Shown piece after piece: positions 53,857 through 64,000 of a DNA stretch of 64,000 nt. Both the position numbers and the translations under genes were made by a program. Within the stretch, counting starts at the first letter, position 1. Each line of letters starts with the position of its first letter. Below the pieces are notes generated by a model. That model saw nothing but the letters and a program-made list of their open reading frames with translations. It ran no database searches and was not told the origin of the DNA. The stretch is from an uncultured Armatimonadetes bacterium (GTDB taxonomy: Bacteria > Armatimonadota > UBA5829 > DTJY01), in NCBI GenBank assembly GCA_963717145.1, contig OY970325.1:576001-640000 (forward strand), written 5' to 3'.

Positions 53857-56813
53857 GTGAAGGCAAGAATCTCTTGGATATTCATTGCGATCTTGTTGCT
53901 CTCGGGTGCGGTCCGAGCAGCGGTCGTGATCGAGTCGCCGGCGGGCGCGTCGCCGATCGAACGGCTGGCGGCGATGGAAGTCCAGCGGTACATCTACCTC
54001 AGGACCGGCGACTTACCGACGATCGGGAAGGCCGGCATCGCCTCTCAGAGGATCGTAGTTGCGCGGAAGGATCGACCCCTGTCCGCCGGCCTTCCGCGAG
54101 GTCAGTTCAGTGTGCTTGGGCCGGAAGAGTATGCCCTCAGGACCACGGGCTCGACGTGGTGGATCATCGGCGGCGACGACATCGGTACTCTGTACGGCGC
54201 ATACCGATTCGCCGAGAGGCTCGGAGTGAGATTCTACCTCCACGGCGACGTGGTCCCCGACGAGCGGTTGAAGTCACTTCCGACAGTCAACGAGGACGGC
54301 AAGCCGCTCTTCTCGATACGAGGCATCCAGCCGTTCCACGACTTCCCCGAAGGCCCCGACTGGTGGAACACCGACGACTACCTCGCATATATCTCTCAGC
54401 TTCCGAAAATGCGGATGAACTTCATCGGCCTGCACTGCTATCCTGAGGGCGGCGCGGGCCCTGAGCCGTCGGTCTGGATCGGCCTCCCGGAGGATGCGGA
54501 CGGTCGCGGGCGCGTCCGATTCAGCTATCCCTCGCACTGGGCGAACACGAAGCGCCAGGGCGGATGGGGATATGCGGCGATGTCCACGAGCGACTTCACC
54601 GGCGGCGCGTCCCTCCTCTTCCCCCGGGATGACTACGGCCCCGATGTCATGGGCGACGCGCTCCCTCGGCCCGCGACCCCGGAGCAGTCGGATGCTCTGT
54701 TCGACCGGACCGCCGACATGTTTCGCACGGCGTTCACCACTGCCCATGCGCTCGGCGTCAAGACGTGCGTTGGGACTGAGACTCCGCTGACGATCCCCGG
54801 CCCTGTACGCGATCGCCTGAAGGAGCAGGGGAAGGATCCGGCTGATCCCGCCGTCATCCGCGAGGTTTATCGGGGCATGCTCCAGCGTATCTCCCGCGCC
54901 TATCCGGTCGACTACTACTGGCTCTGGACACCCGAGCAGTGGTTGGGCGGCAACAGTGAGGAGGACCTCAAAGCGACGATCGGCGATGTCAAGGCCGCAC
55001 TATCAGCCCTGGATTCGATAGGGAAGCCTTTCACGCTCGCGACATGTGGATGGGTTCTCGGTCCCGCGCAGGACCGGAAGGCGCTCGATGCCCTCCTGCC
55101 GCCGGATTCGCCGATGAGCTGCATCAACCGTTCCGTCGGCCACGCGCCGGTCGAGCCGAGTTTCGCCGGCATCACCGGGAGGCCGAAGTGGGCGATACCA
55201 TGGATGGAGAACGACCCGGTGATGACCGCGCCTCAGCCGTGGGTCGGCCGGATGCGCTACGACGCGGCGGACGCGCTCCGGCTCGGATGCACCGGTCTCC
55301 TGGGGATTCACTGGCGCACGAAGATACTCTCTCAGAATGTTTCGGCGCTCGCAGATGCAGCGTGGGACCAGTCGTGGGCGCCCGATGATTTCGCCGGTGA
55401 ACTGCAGAAGGCCCGGGAGCAGGTGGACGGCCCGATCGGCGGCCAGATCGTGACTTACGGAGCGCCGGTCGAGGGCACGGACGAGGATCCTGTCTACCAG
55501 TCGGTCCGATACAATGTCGACGGCTACCGGCTGAAGACGCCGAATGGCACATACACCGTGAAGCTCGAATTCAACGAGCCGCACTACAGTGAGGCCGGGA
55601 AGCGAGTCTTCGGCGTCAAGGTCCAGGCTAACACGGTGATCGACAGTCTGGACATCGCCAGTTGGGGGAGAACAGGGCTCACGACTTCAGCTATCCCGCC
55701 ATCAAGGTGACGGATGGAATCCTGAAGATCGACTTCGACCGCATCGTCGAGTTCCCGTGCATCGCAGGCATCGTCATCGAGGGCCGAACGGATGCCGGAC
55801 AGCCGTTCGTGCGGAAGATCAACTGCGGTGGGCCGGCCTACAAGGACTACGAGGCGGATGACAAGCAGCCTCAGGATCAATCCGACCGCCGGTCGATGCC
55901 GGTCGAGGAGTTCTATCTCGACTTCGCGCGCGCCAACTTCGGCAACGAGCGCATCGGGAGGATCCTCGCTGCCGTCGATGGCCGAGTCATGCCTGAACCT
56001 GTGAACTGGATCGGCGGTCCGGGCGGCATCGCGGTCAATACCCAGCCGTGGGAGCAGGTCAAGACGCGGTACGCCTTCGTTGACGAGCTTGCCGACGCGC
56101 GTGCGGACGTACGTGGGGCGGGGAATCTCGAGCGATTCGACTATTGGCTCAATACCTACCGATATATGGCTTCGGTCGCCGAGTTGGGCTGCCTGCGCGG
56201 GGAACTGGATGCCAAGGCCGCCGCGATCAAGGCCGCGCCTGAGGCCGTCATGCAGAGGACGCTCGCCGATGAAGCACTTCCGATCCGCGTGCGCATGGCC
56301 CGGCTCTGGGAGCGCATGATGGCGTATCAGCTCTCAGCGGTTGATACGCCCGGAGAGATGGGTACGGTCGCGAACATCGAGCAGCACAGCCGTGGAACGC
56401 TCAAGTTCCTGAATGCGCAGGATGAACTGCTGACCCAGGCGCTCGGATCAGCTCTTCCTCAGGAAACAGAGGTCTCCAAGGCGTATACCGGCGCCGCAAG
56501 GATCATCGTCCCGACGGTCCGAACACAGGTGAACAGGGGCGAGTCGCTCAGCCCTAGGGTGATCCTGCTCGATGAGGCCCTCCCGAAGTCGGTGACACTC
56601 CACTGTCGCCCATTGGGGAAAGGCGACTTCAGCAAGCGTATCTTACGTAATATCGGCCGCGCGACCTACGAGGCCGGACTCCCGCCCGCGGAAGGGTCAT
56701 TCGAGTACTACATCACCGCCGAGACATCCGACGGACGCACCCTCACCTGGCCTGCGACCGCGCCGAAGATCGCTCAGACGGTGGTCGTTTGGGATACGCC
56801 GGGGGCGCAATAG
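53857..56813 (+). pseudogene. Secreted glycosidase-like protein with internal malectin domain, split by a frameshift near 55660 (real lesion or sequencing error)
   Basis: The malectin domain (DPVYQSVRY, PNGTYTVKLEFNEP, GKRVFGV, LDIA | GENRAHD..VTDGILKIDF..IAGIVIE) is split between ORFs 53824-55710 and 55662-56813; the N-terminus has GH-type GTLYGAYRFAERLG. Confidence 0.75.
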
Positions 56814-56929
56814 ATGGATGCAGACCGGTGGACTTGTGGTATAATGAGTGCGTGATCCCGTCGGGATACACTTCTGGAGAGATACTCGGGTTGAAACTCC
56901 CTGGGGCCGAGCGCCCCTGAAACGAGAGA

Positions 56930-58720
56930 ATGACCGACAAACCGAATCCCTCTGTGTCACACGACACAACCCCTCGACTCGTCCTGGCCACTGGCCACAG
57001 CGACGACGTCCTGCATGCTGCCTTCCTTCGCGATGGCAAGACCATCGCCAGCCTTGGCAGTGATCGCGCACTCATCCTCTGGGATGCGCAGACCGGCGAG
57101 ATGCTGCACAAGTATGACTACCCCGGACCGGATTTCTACTGGCAAGGCTTGTCCCCCGATGGCCTGCACGCAGTCGCATCGACATCGTGGAACAGAGTTG
57201 CCGTTATCGACACGCTGACCGGCAGCGAGGTCAGGGTATTCGAGGATTCGAGTCCGACACTGGCAGTATCACATGACGGCCACATGCTGGCCTGTGAAGA
57301 TGGTACCGGGATCACGATCACCGACCTTCTGACCGCCACAATCGTGGGTCGGCTGTCCCACAACGAAAAGAGGGGTATCCGATTCATGGTCTTCAGCCCG
57401 GACGACCGGCTTCTCGCAATAGCGCCTGATGCCGGGGCCGATGGCATTCATGTCTACGAGATGGCCTCTGGCCACTGCGTGCGGACACTCAAGCTACCGT
57501 CGGAAGAGGGTCAGGGGTGGGCGTATACAGAGCAGATGGACATCTCTCCCGACGGGCGGCTTCTCGTCAGTCACGGCATGAATGAAGGTGTGAGCGTGTG
57601 GGACCTGCAAACCGGCCAGCATCTGTGGACCCTTGCCGATTCGGGCGTTATGGCTGTCAGGTTCTCAGCCGATCACAGAACCCTGTTGGTCGGCAGGGTA
57701 GACGGAACCATCTGCGAGTGGGACGTGGAGACCTGGGAGACCAGGCAGACCAGGGCGGTGAGTCACCATTGGGTCAGGACTGTGGCTCAGTCCCCGGACG
57801 GCAGGTACACACTCACCGGCGGCGATGACCGCGCTCTGCATTTGTGGGATCCGCAGACCGGCGATCTCTGCAAGTCCATGGGTGGCCACGAATACCGCGT
57901 CCGCGAAAGTACCTTCGCACCCGACGGACACACACTTCTCAGTTCCAACAGCGATGGCACTCTGCGGTCGTGGGACGTGGGAACGTGCAGGCTGGTAGAT
58001 ACGACAATGACCGCAGACGGGCACGCTGACCACGTCATCGTGTCTCCTGATGGTCTTCTTGTGGCACAGGGAAACAATCTGAAGAACAGGGCCTGCTCGT
58101 TTGCATTCTCGACTGCCGTCGAACTCCGCAGAACAGACACATGCGAACTGCTTCACACACTCCGTATGCCCCATCGATCCGGCGGGCCGGTATCGGCCGT
58201 GTTCTCACCGGATGGTCGTACCCTTGCTATAGGTCATTGGGGATTCTGCGTGAGTGTGTGGGACGTCTCTACTGGAGAACTGGTCGCGAAGATCCGTACC
58301 AGAGGCGACTCTGTCGGCGCGATAGCCTTCTCGCCGGACGGAAAGACACTCGCGGTCGGAACTCACTACGATGAGGTCGTCGAGTTGTTCAGCACACGCA
58401 CCTTCAGGCGGAAACGTATGCTGATCGAGCACACGGACAACGTGAACTCGGTCGCATTCTCCCCGGACGGTAAGACCCTTGCGACCGGCACTTCGGACGG
58501 CACGATCAAGCTCTGGAATCCACGGAACGGACGGTTGCTCAACACTTTGGTCATACTTCCCTCTGCGGCCGGCATATCACGGGAATGGCTTGCATATACA
58601 CCTGAGGGATACTACACAGGCTCTGGGAACGCGGAGGAGTTCATCCGGTGGGAGGTGGATGGAGCGCTCCACCCGGGGACTCTGTACGCTGAGAAGTTCC
58701 GGCGTTCACGCTTGCCTTGA
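56930..58720 (+). CDS. WD40-repeat protein
   Basis: Multiple GH...AFSPDG..LA.G..DG.I.LWD repeats; TGTGG-TATAAT at about 56835-56845. Confidence 0.9.
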   Translation: MTDKPNPSVSHDTTPRLVLATGHSDDVLHAAFLRDGKTIASLGSDRALILWDAQTGEMLHKYDYPGPDFYWQGLSPDGLHAVASTSWNRVAVIDTLTGSEVRVFEDSSPTLAVSHDGHMLACEDGTGITITDLLTATIVGRLSHNEKRGIRFMVFSPDDRLLAIAPDAGADGIHVYEMASGHCVRTLKLPSEEGQGWAYTEQMDISPDGRLLVSHGMNEGVSVWDLQTGQHLWTLADSGVMAVRFSADHRTLLVGRVDGTICEWDVETWETRQTRAVSHHWVRTVAQSPDGRYTLTGGDDRALHLWDPQTGDLCKSMGGHEYRVRESTFAPDGHTLLSSNSDGTLRSWDVGTCRLVDTTMTADGHADHVIVSPDGLLVAQGNNLKNRACSFAFSTAVELRRTDTCELLHTLRMPHRSGGPVSAVFSPDGRTLAIGHWGFCVSVWDVSTGELVAKIRTRGDSVGAIAFSPDGKTLAVGTHYDEVVELFSTRTFRRKRMLIEHTDNVNSVAFSPDGKTLATGTSDGTIKLWNPRNGRLLNTLVILPSAAGISREWLAYTPEGYYTGSGNAEEFIRWEVDGALHPGTLYAEKFRRSRLP

Positions 58721-58730
58721 AGAGAGCAAC

Positions 58731-58760
58731 GGGGAAGACCGGGCCGTCTTCCCCTTCTTT
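58731..58760 (+). terminator. Terminator between convergent genes
   Basis: ggggaagac-cgggcc-gtcttcccc-ttcttt. Confidence 0.7.
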
Positions 58761-58779
58761 GTCACTGATGAGAGTCGGC

Positions 58780-60273
58780 TCAGCGGCGCTTGAGCCTTCG
58801 ACGCCGGCCCATGCCGACCATGCTCTTCGATACCGCCGGTCCGTTCGGGAGGGCGTGCGCGAGGATCACCGCCTGTGCGATGGTCGGGAGTTTGTCGCGC
58901 TGGTCCTTCGCGGTCTCGATCCTCTCGAGAACCGTGGGCTGAACGCCGTAGTCGAAGTTCTCGACCTCGCGTCGTTCGATGGAAGCGCCAAGGGTCTTCT
59001 CGATGTCCCGCACAATCCCGGAGTCGTCGCGCGTGATGAGAGTCATCGCGTCGCCCTCGTGCTCCATTCGACCGGTGCGCCCGATGCGGTGGATGTACGT
59101 GTCAGGTGTATCGGGGATATCGTAGTTGATCACGTGAGAGATTCCCTCGACATCGATCCCGCGCGCGGCGATGTCCGTGGCGACGAGGATCTGGCACTTG
59201 CCCGACTTGAAGTCGTTGAGCGCCTCCTGCCTCTGGTTCTGCGACTTATTCGAGTGGAGCGCCGAAGTCTTGTATCCGGCCCGTTTGATCTGAAGGGCGA
59301 CCCGGTCTGCGCGGTGTTTCGTGCGCGTGAAGACGAGCACGGAGTTCGTGTCGGTCTCATCCAGCAGCCTGAGGATCAGCGAAGTCTTGAGATGCTGCGG
59401 GCACGGATAGAGAACGTGCGCGACCGTATTTGGCGGCGCTTCGAGTCCGATGGCCACGCGCTTGGGATCGATGAGCGTGTCCTTGGCGAGGAGCATAAGA
59501 TCGTCCGCGAATGTCGCCGAGAAGAGCATGCTGTGACGCTCCCTGGGGAGATGCGAGAGCACGCGCCTGATCGAGGGCAGGAATCCCATGTCGAGCATCC
59601 TGTCCGCCTCGTCGAGCACGAGCTTCTCCACGTTGGTGAAATCGGTGTTGCGCCGCTCGATGTGATCGAGCAGCCGTCCGGGGCACGCCACAATCACGTC
59701 AGCGCCCGTTCGCAATGCGCGCTCCTGGGGGGCCATGCCGACTCCGCCGTAGACGGTAGCGGTCCTGATCTTGGTGAACTTGCCCAGCAGCTTGAACGAG
59801 TCGCTGATCTGCTCCGCCAGTTCCCGCGTCGGTGTGATGACCAGAGCCCTGGTACACGGCTTCGGGACCGGATTGCTCAGCAAATGGTGAAGGATCGGCA
59901 GCACGAATGCGGCCGTCTTGCCGGTTCCGGTCTGAGCCGTGCCGATGAGGTCACGACCGCTCAGTCCGAGCGGAATCGTGGCGGTCTGCACCGGGGTGGG
60001 GGTCTCGAAGCCGGCGGCACGGATGGCGCGCTCGAGCCTCGCGTCGAGCCCGAAGTCGCCGAAAGACGGCGTGCTGACGACGGGTTCACGATGCTCTGCA
60101 GTGGCTGTGGTGGTGGGATCCTTCTTGCGCCTGGGGTTTCGCCTGTTCCGACAATCGGAACACCGAACGGGCGGGTTGAATCCGCGCCGTTCGAAGTCTG
60201 CCTGCGATTCTGCGCTGAATGTGAACTCCTGCTCGCAGTCGCGGCAAACACATACTCTGTCCTGGTAACTCAA
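58780..60273 (-). CDS. DEAD-box RNA helicase (RhlE-like) with N-terminal CxxC...CxxC zinc ribbon
   Basis: AQTGTGKT, PTRELA, DEADRMLDMGF, SAT, ARGID, HRIGRTGR; N-terminus SYQDRVCVCRDCEQEFTF...PVRCSDCR; TTG start with SD AGGAG. Confidence 0.92.
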   Translation of the reverse strand: MSYQDRVCVCRDCEQEFTFSAESQADFERRGFNPPVRCSDCRNRRNPRRKKDPTTTATAEHREPVVSTPSFGDFGLDARLERAIRAAGFETPTPVQTATIPLGLSGRDLIGTAQTGTGKTAAFVLPILHHLLSNPVPKPCTRALVITPTRELAEQISDSFKLLGKFTKIRTATVYGGVGMAPQERALRTGADVIVACPGRLLDHIERRNTDFTNVEKLVLDEADRMLDMGFLPSIRRVLSHLPRERHSMLFSATFADDLMLLAKDTLIDPKRVAIGLEAPPNTVAHVLYPCPQHLKTSLILRLLDETDTNSVLVFTRTKHRADRVALQIKRAGYKTSALHSNKSQNQRQEALNDFKSGKCQILVATDIAARGIDVEGISHVINYDIPDTPDTYIHRIGRTGRMEHEGDAMTLITRDDSGIVRDIEKTLGASIERREVENFDYGVQPTVLERIETAKDQRDKLPTIAQAVILAHALPNGPAVSKSMVGMGRRRRLKRR

Positions 60274-60433
60274 ATAAATGCACTCCTGGTCGATTCGATA
60301 GTCTATTGTCTCCGAGGCTTGAAGCGAGTGAGCCAGCCGGTCCGAAGACATCCGTGAACAACCAGGTCAGTGCCAAAGCTACGTAGCAACATCGATAGTA
60401 TACCACAATCCGCGACAAAATACCAGAGCGGGC

Positions 60434-62413
60434 TTACTTGTCCCCGACCTTGTCGATCGGCGTGAAGCCGAGCTTGAGCGCGGGGGAGTGCTTCTGCAGT
60501 CGGAAGTCGTACTTCGCAGCATCGACGAAAAGCGGATCGGCGATGATGGAGTGGACATCGAGCCCACGCGTGTGCCAGGCGTCGATGCCGTCCGGGAACT
60601 CGGCCGGACCGCCGGATGCGTTCCAGTAGAGGTTGTTGTCCATCTTGAACTTGTCGCCGGTCCAGTTGCCACTCAGCAGCGGGCCCTCGGTCCAGTACAC
60701 GATGTTGTTCTCGAACGTGAACGAAATATGCTCCTCCTGGCGAGTCCTCTGGAGTTGGTGCTCCTTTGCGAAGGCGAAGATGTTGTTGCGGACGATGTTC
60801 TCTTTGCCGTAGTGCTGATGGAATCCGCCGGTCTTGGTGTTGTAGACGATGTTGTTCTCCGCCAGGATGCCGGTGCTGCCCTCGTCGAAGTAGATGCCCC
60901 AGCCGCCATAGTGGTATGACTGCACGTCGTGAATGAGGTTGCCTCGCAGTACCGTGCCCTGCGATGGGCCGAGCGTGTAGATGCCGCCCATGTCGCTGAG
61001 GAGTCCGCGTCCGATGTCGTGGATGTGGTTGTACTCGATGATGTTCTCGACCGCCGGGCTGTAGGCATATCCCCAGCTCCAGCCGACCGAGATGCCGGTG
61101 TAGTAGAGATCGTGGATGTGATTGCGCGAGATCGTGTTGTGTCCGCTCCCGCCGATCCAGATGCCGACCGCCGAGTGATGGGTGATTCCGCCGTCGTGGA
61201 TGTGGTTCTTCGAGACCAGGTTCCGTTCGGTACGGGTATTCTCCGGCGCCTCATTGAGCGGCTCGCCGATCTTGATCCCGCCTGCGCCCATGTCGTAGAT
61301 ATGGTTGCCGATGATCCGATTGTCCTGGCAGCCGTGATAGAACTCGATGCCGTAAGTCCCGATCTTCGTGATCTCGCAGTTCTCTATCGTGCAGTTCTTG
61401 GCCCCCTTTGCGATGATCGCTCCCGGGACCTTGTATGCCGCCTGCACAGGCACAGCGCCCTCCTTCGGGAGCGTCCATCCGCAGTGCATGAAAGTCAGCC
61501 CTTTGAGCCTGAGCCGTTCGACGTACTTGCTGTTCTCAGGGTCGCCGTCGATGCGCACAAGCTGCTCCAGGTAGGGCGCGATGATCTCCGCCGTGTCGCG
61601 CTTCTCGTCGTCCATCGGGAAGTACTGCAGCACGCCGGTCGAGCGATCGAGGTAGAACTTGCCGAGTTCGTAGAGGTCCTCGCCGACGTTCTCGACATAG
61701 AACCTCATGTCCGAACTCCACGCGCCGAACTTCCAGTTGTTCGAGCCGCTCAGCTTCACGATGTGCTTCTCGGGGTCGAGGCCGGTCACTCGGAACCTCG
61801 GATCATCCCACGCGTTGAAGACGACCACTTCGATGTCATTCAGGTTCTTCCAGAAGTAGAACTGCCCTTCCTTGTAGATGAATGAGTCGCGGACATCGTC
61901 GCCCAGGGACTGGGTGATACTGTGGAAGCCGATCGAGGGCAGCCTCGGACGGGATCGCCGCTCTCCATTCACGTAGAGGTCGCGGAAGTACCATTTGCCC
62001 GTTTTGACATCGGGAATCTGCGTTTCCCATGCGCCGTCCGGATTGCGGGTGAACCCCGTGATCCGTCGCCCACCGCTGATGACCGGCTTCTCGCCTGGAT
62101 AGGCCGCGTAGGTCGTGCCGGAGTCTTCCGGGGCAAAGACCAGAGGATCGCTCAGGAAGTAGGTGCCCTCGCGGATCAGCACAGTCTTAGATCTCGATGC
62201 TCGCGTGGCAGCCTGAGCCTTCGCGATCGACGCAAACGGGCCATCGTTGCGTTGGGCGTTCGGTGCAGGCAGAGTGCCCGACCATTTGTCATTACCCTCC
62301 GTGGATACGTAGAAATCGGCCTTGGCGCTTGGCATGCAGGCTGCCTCCTTCGGGATTGCTGTCAGTGCGAGCAGTGAGACAAGCAGTGTCAGGACGCATA
62401 GACGGTGTGACAA
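60434..62413 (-). CDS. Secreted right-handed parallel beta-helix protein (GH141-like)
   Basis: [65 protein letters not shown] start with SD GGAGGT. Confidence 0.78.
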   Translation of the reverse strand: MSHRLCVLTLLVSLLALTAIPKEAACMPSAKADFYVSTEGNDKWSGTLPAPNAQRNDGPFASIAKAQAATRASRSKTVLIREGTYFLSDPLVFAPEDSGTTYAAYPGEKPVISGGRRITGFTRNPDGAWETQIPDVKTGKWYFRDLYVNGERRSRPRLPSIGFHSITQSLGDDVRDSFIYKEGQFYFWKNLNDIEVVVFNAWDDPRFRVTGLDPEKHIVKLSGSNNWKFGAWSSDMRFYVENVGEDLYELGKFYLDRSTGVLQYFPMDDEKRDTAEIIAPYLEQLVRIDGDPENSKYVERLRLKGLTFMHCGWTLPKEGAVPVQAAYKVPGAIIAKGAKNCTIENCEITKIGTYGIEFYHGCQDNRIIGNHIYDMGAGGIKIGEPLNEAPENTRTERNLVSKNHIHDGGITHHSAVGIWIGGSGHNTISRNHIHDLYYTGISVGWSWGYAYSPAVENIIEYNHIHDIGRGLLSDMGGIYTLGPSQGTVLRGNLIHDVQSYHYGGWGIYFDEGSTGILAENNIVYNTKTGGFHQHYGKENIVRNNIFAFAKEHQLQRTRQEEHISFTFENNIVYWTEGPLLSGNWTGDKFKMDNNLYWNASGGPAEFPDGIDAWHTRGLDVHSIIADPLFVDAAKYDFRLQKHSPALKLGFTPIDKVGDK

Positions 62414-62444
62414 CTCGGCTACCTCCAGGGATGACAAACGAAAA

Positions 62445-62546
62445 CCGCTGAGCATGACATCCCGTAGTGGCCGTGCCTCAGTGCCGGCCATGGGGTCGCA
62501 AGGCCGGCACTGAGGCACGGCCACTACGGGATGATGTGCTCAGCGG
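62445..62546. repeat. GTAG-headed REP-like doublet, family C, with extended paired flanks
   Basis: ccgctgagca..catcccgtagtggccgtgcctcagtgccggcc / ggccggcactgaggcacggccactacgggatg..tgctcagcgg. Confidence 0.92.
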
Positions 62547-62547
62547 C

Positions 62548-62576
62548 ATTATCGCATGTCAGGAGGCAAAGCGCAA
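62548..62576 (-). promoter_or_regulatory. Putative promoter of the beta-helix gene
   Basis: TTGCGC-17 nt-GATAAT with TG extension. Confidence 0.55.
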
Positions 62577-62588
62577 GGTCAGGGTATC

Positions 62589-63200
62589 TCAGTGTGACGG
62601 CCGAAGTCGAAGCCCTGCGCTGCCGAGTGTAAGCACTCCTGCCGCCAGGGCCAGCAGACTCGACGGCTCAGGAACGGGCGGCACGGGGGGGTCTGCCGTG
62701 CAGATCGTCAGCTTTATGCTGGAGTTGTAGTAATGGCAATCCGGATCGAAGCCGATCCCGAATCTGCTGTTGTTCGACACGAATGAGTTGAGCGTAGGAA
62801 TCAGCCCGACAGCGCCGAGGTCGAAGGCAAGATCCTGCGCCCAGGTATTAGTGTCGGACCAGTTCGCGATCAATGGATTCCCGACCCAGTTATCCCCACC
62901 GCGCTGATCATCATTCCAGCGCCGGCAGCCGAGAGCCACATTATCCAACAGGTGGATGAACAGGTGATCGTTCGGCTCATTTTCCCAGTCGTTGATGCCC
63001 TTGATGGACAGCACAGCCCCGGTGATCTCCTGGCCGGCGGGAATCTGCCACTCGATACCCCAGGAGTAGTAGTAATAGTGATCGAGGTCCCACATATCAC
63101 GCCTGCTCGGAGTGAAAGAGTACGTGCCCGCCGCAACCGGCAGCACCACGACCACAAGCATGATTAGGGAAACAATGAAGACGTGACTTGCTCTAAACAT
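62589..63200 (-). CDS. PEP-CTERM sorting domain protein
   Basis: Signal peptide; C-terminal VPEPSSLLALAAGVLTLGSAGLRLR; SD AAGGAG. Confidence 0.88.
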   Translation of the reverse strand: MFRASHVFIVSLIMLVVVVLPVAAGTYSFTPSRRDMWDLDHYYYYSWGIEWQIPAGQEITGAVLSIKGINDWENEPNDHLFIHLLDNVALGCRRWNDDQRGGDNWVGNPLIANWSDTNTWAQDLAFDLGAVGLIPTLNSFVSNNSRFGIGFDPDCHYYNSSIKLTICTADPPVPPVPEPSSLLALAAGVLTLGSAGLRLRPSH

Positions 63201-63353
63201 CTGAATTCTCCTTGGACGAAGCATTGGCCGCCTCATGGTCGGGCGGCTCAGCGGGGCAAATCGTGTCTGCCCTCTATGCCTGATAGACAAGGCAATGGTC
63301 AGAATGTCAACCAAGAAAATGAAAACTAGGCTCAATTGTCTACAAGTGAGGCA

Positions 63354-63998
63354 TTACTGGTTAGGCAGTATCTGCCACGAGAGGCGGTCGTATTGGCCGG
63401 TGGTGGGATAGAACGGAGGCGGATCGGTGGCCAGTCGCGGGTCATAGGAGTAGTTCTTGGCATAGCCGGTGACCATCTGCCCCGTTGACGAGTTGAATGT
63501 TCCTACGGGGCCTCTATCCTTCTGAATGATCCCGCCCAGTACCTTCAGCGTGCCCGTAGGCGTCTTGCTATCGTAGTTCTCGACGTAGAAGCTGCCACCG
63601 CTGGTGTTCTGCCCGCCCGCCAGGCACACCGCGTCGATCTCGAGATTCCGTGGAGCCGAGGACGATATGCGCAGGTCCTTGGAAACGAGGCCGAGTGTGC
63701 CCGCCAGAAGGTTGGCGGTGGCGGTCCTGTCCTGGGTCTTGTCCGGCCTGGTATTGTAAACGAGGTTGTCGGTGACCTTCATGTACTTGCCCGCATTCAC
63801 GTCATTGGCAATGGTCATTGCCGAACGGGCCCTGATGTCACCGCTCATCACCCAGTTGTCCGCCACAGTGCCCTTCAGCGATGTGATGTTGCCGGTGCAG
63901 TAGACGACTCCCGTGCCGAGGCATGCCGCGCTTGACACGCTGCCCGAGCCGAGGGGACCGGTTGACGTGACGGCTCCGGTGACCTTGTCGAAAGTGAT
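63354..63998 (-). CDS. C-terminal part of a PilX/DUF4900-like pilus-associated protein, partial at window edge
   Basis: Frame is open to the edge; LGLVS, LKVLGGIIQKDRGPVG, GYAKNYSYDPRLATDPPPFYP. Confidence 0.6.
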   Translation of the reverse strand: MTFDKVTGAVTSTGPLGSGSVSSAACLGTGVVYCTGNITSLKGTVADNWVMSGDIRARSAMTIANDVNAGKYMKVTDNLVYNTRPDKTQDRTATANLLAGTLGLVSKDLRISSSAPRNLEIDAVCLAGGQNTSGGSFYVENYDSKTPTGTLKVLGGIIQKDRGPVGTFNSSTGQMVTGYAKNYSYDPRLATDPPPFYPTTGQYDRLSWQILPNQ

Positions 63999-64000
63999 GG

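Overview
A high-GC bacterial chromosomal window. The inferred host is a polysaccharide-degrading lineage such as Armatimonadota, based on the DUF6785-type membrane protein, the prepilin/H-X9-DG protein, the PEP-CTERM protein and many large secreted glycan-active proteins; this is inference only. From left to right it carries: (1) a tightly packed carbohydrate operon (URO-D/MtaA-like protein, sugar ABC transporter, GH2, a glycyl radical enzyme with no activase in view, a frameshifted GH2); (2) a GlmL/MutL-like ATPase and a probable partner gene separated by an HTH-VapC toxin-antitoxin cassette; (3) a second URO-D-like operon with SSS and MFS transporters and an unannotated 40-aa membrane peptide; (4) housekeeping genes: a C4 zinc-ribbon protein, an RNase H::YjbQ read-through joined by an in-frame palindrome, lysS, greA, probable 6S RNA, trpB2, ggt, tRNA-Glu(CTC), amtB-glnK and a DEAD-box helicase; (5) a small defence-like islet after the tRNA (BrnT/BrnA, TIR-STAND-TPR). 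The intergenic DNA holds at least four families of palindromic doublet repeats plus inverted microsatellite elements, some inside coding sequence or 5' UTRs. No integrase, transposase, CRISPR array or rRNA was found. Family assignments come from motif recognition, not database searches.
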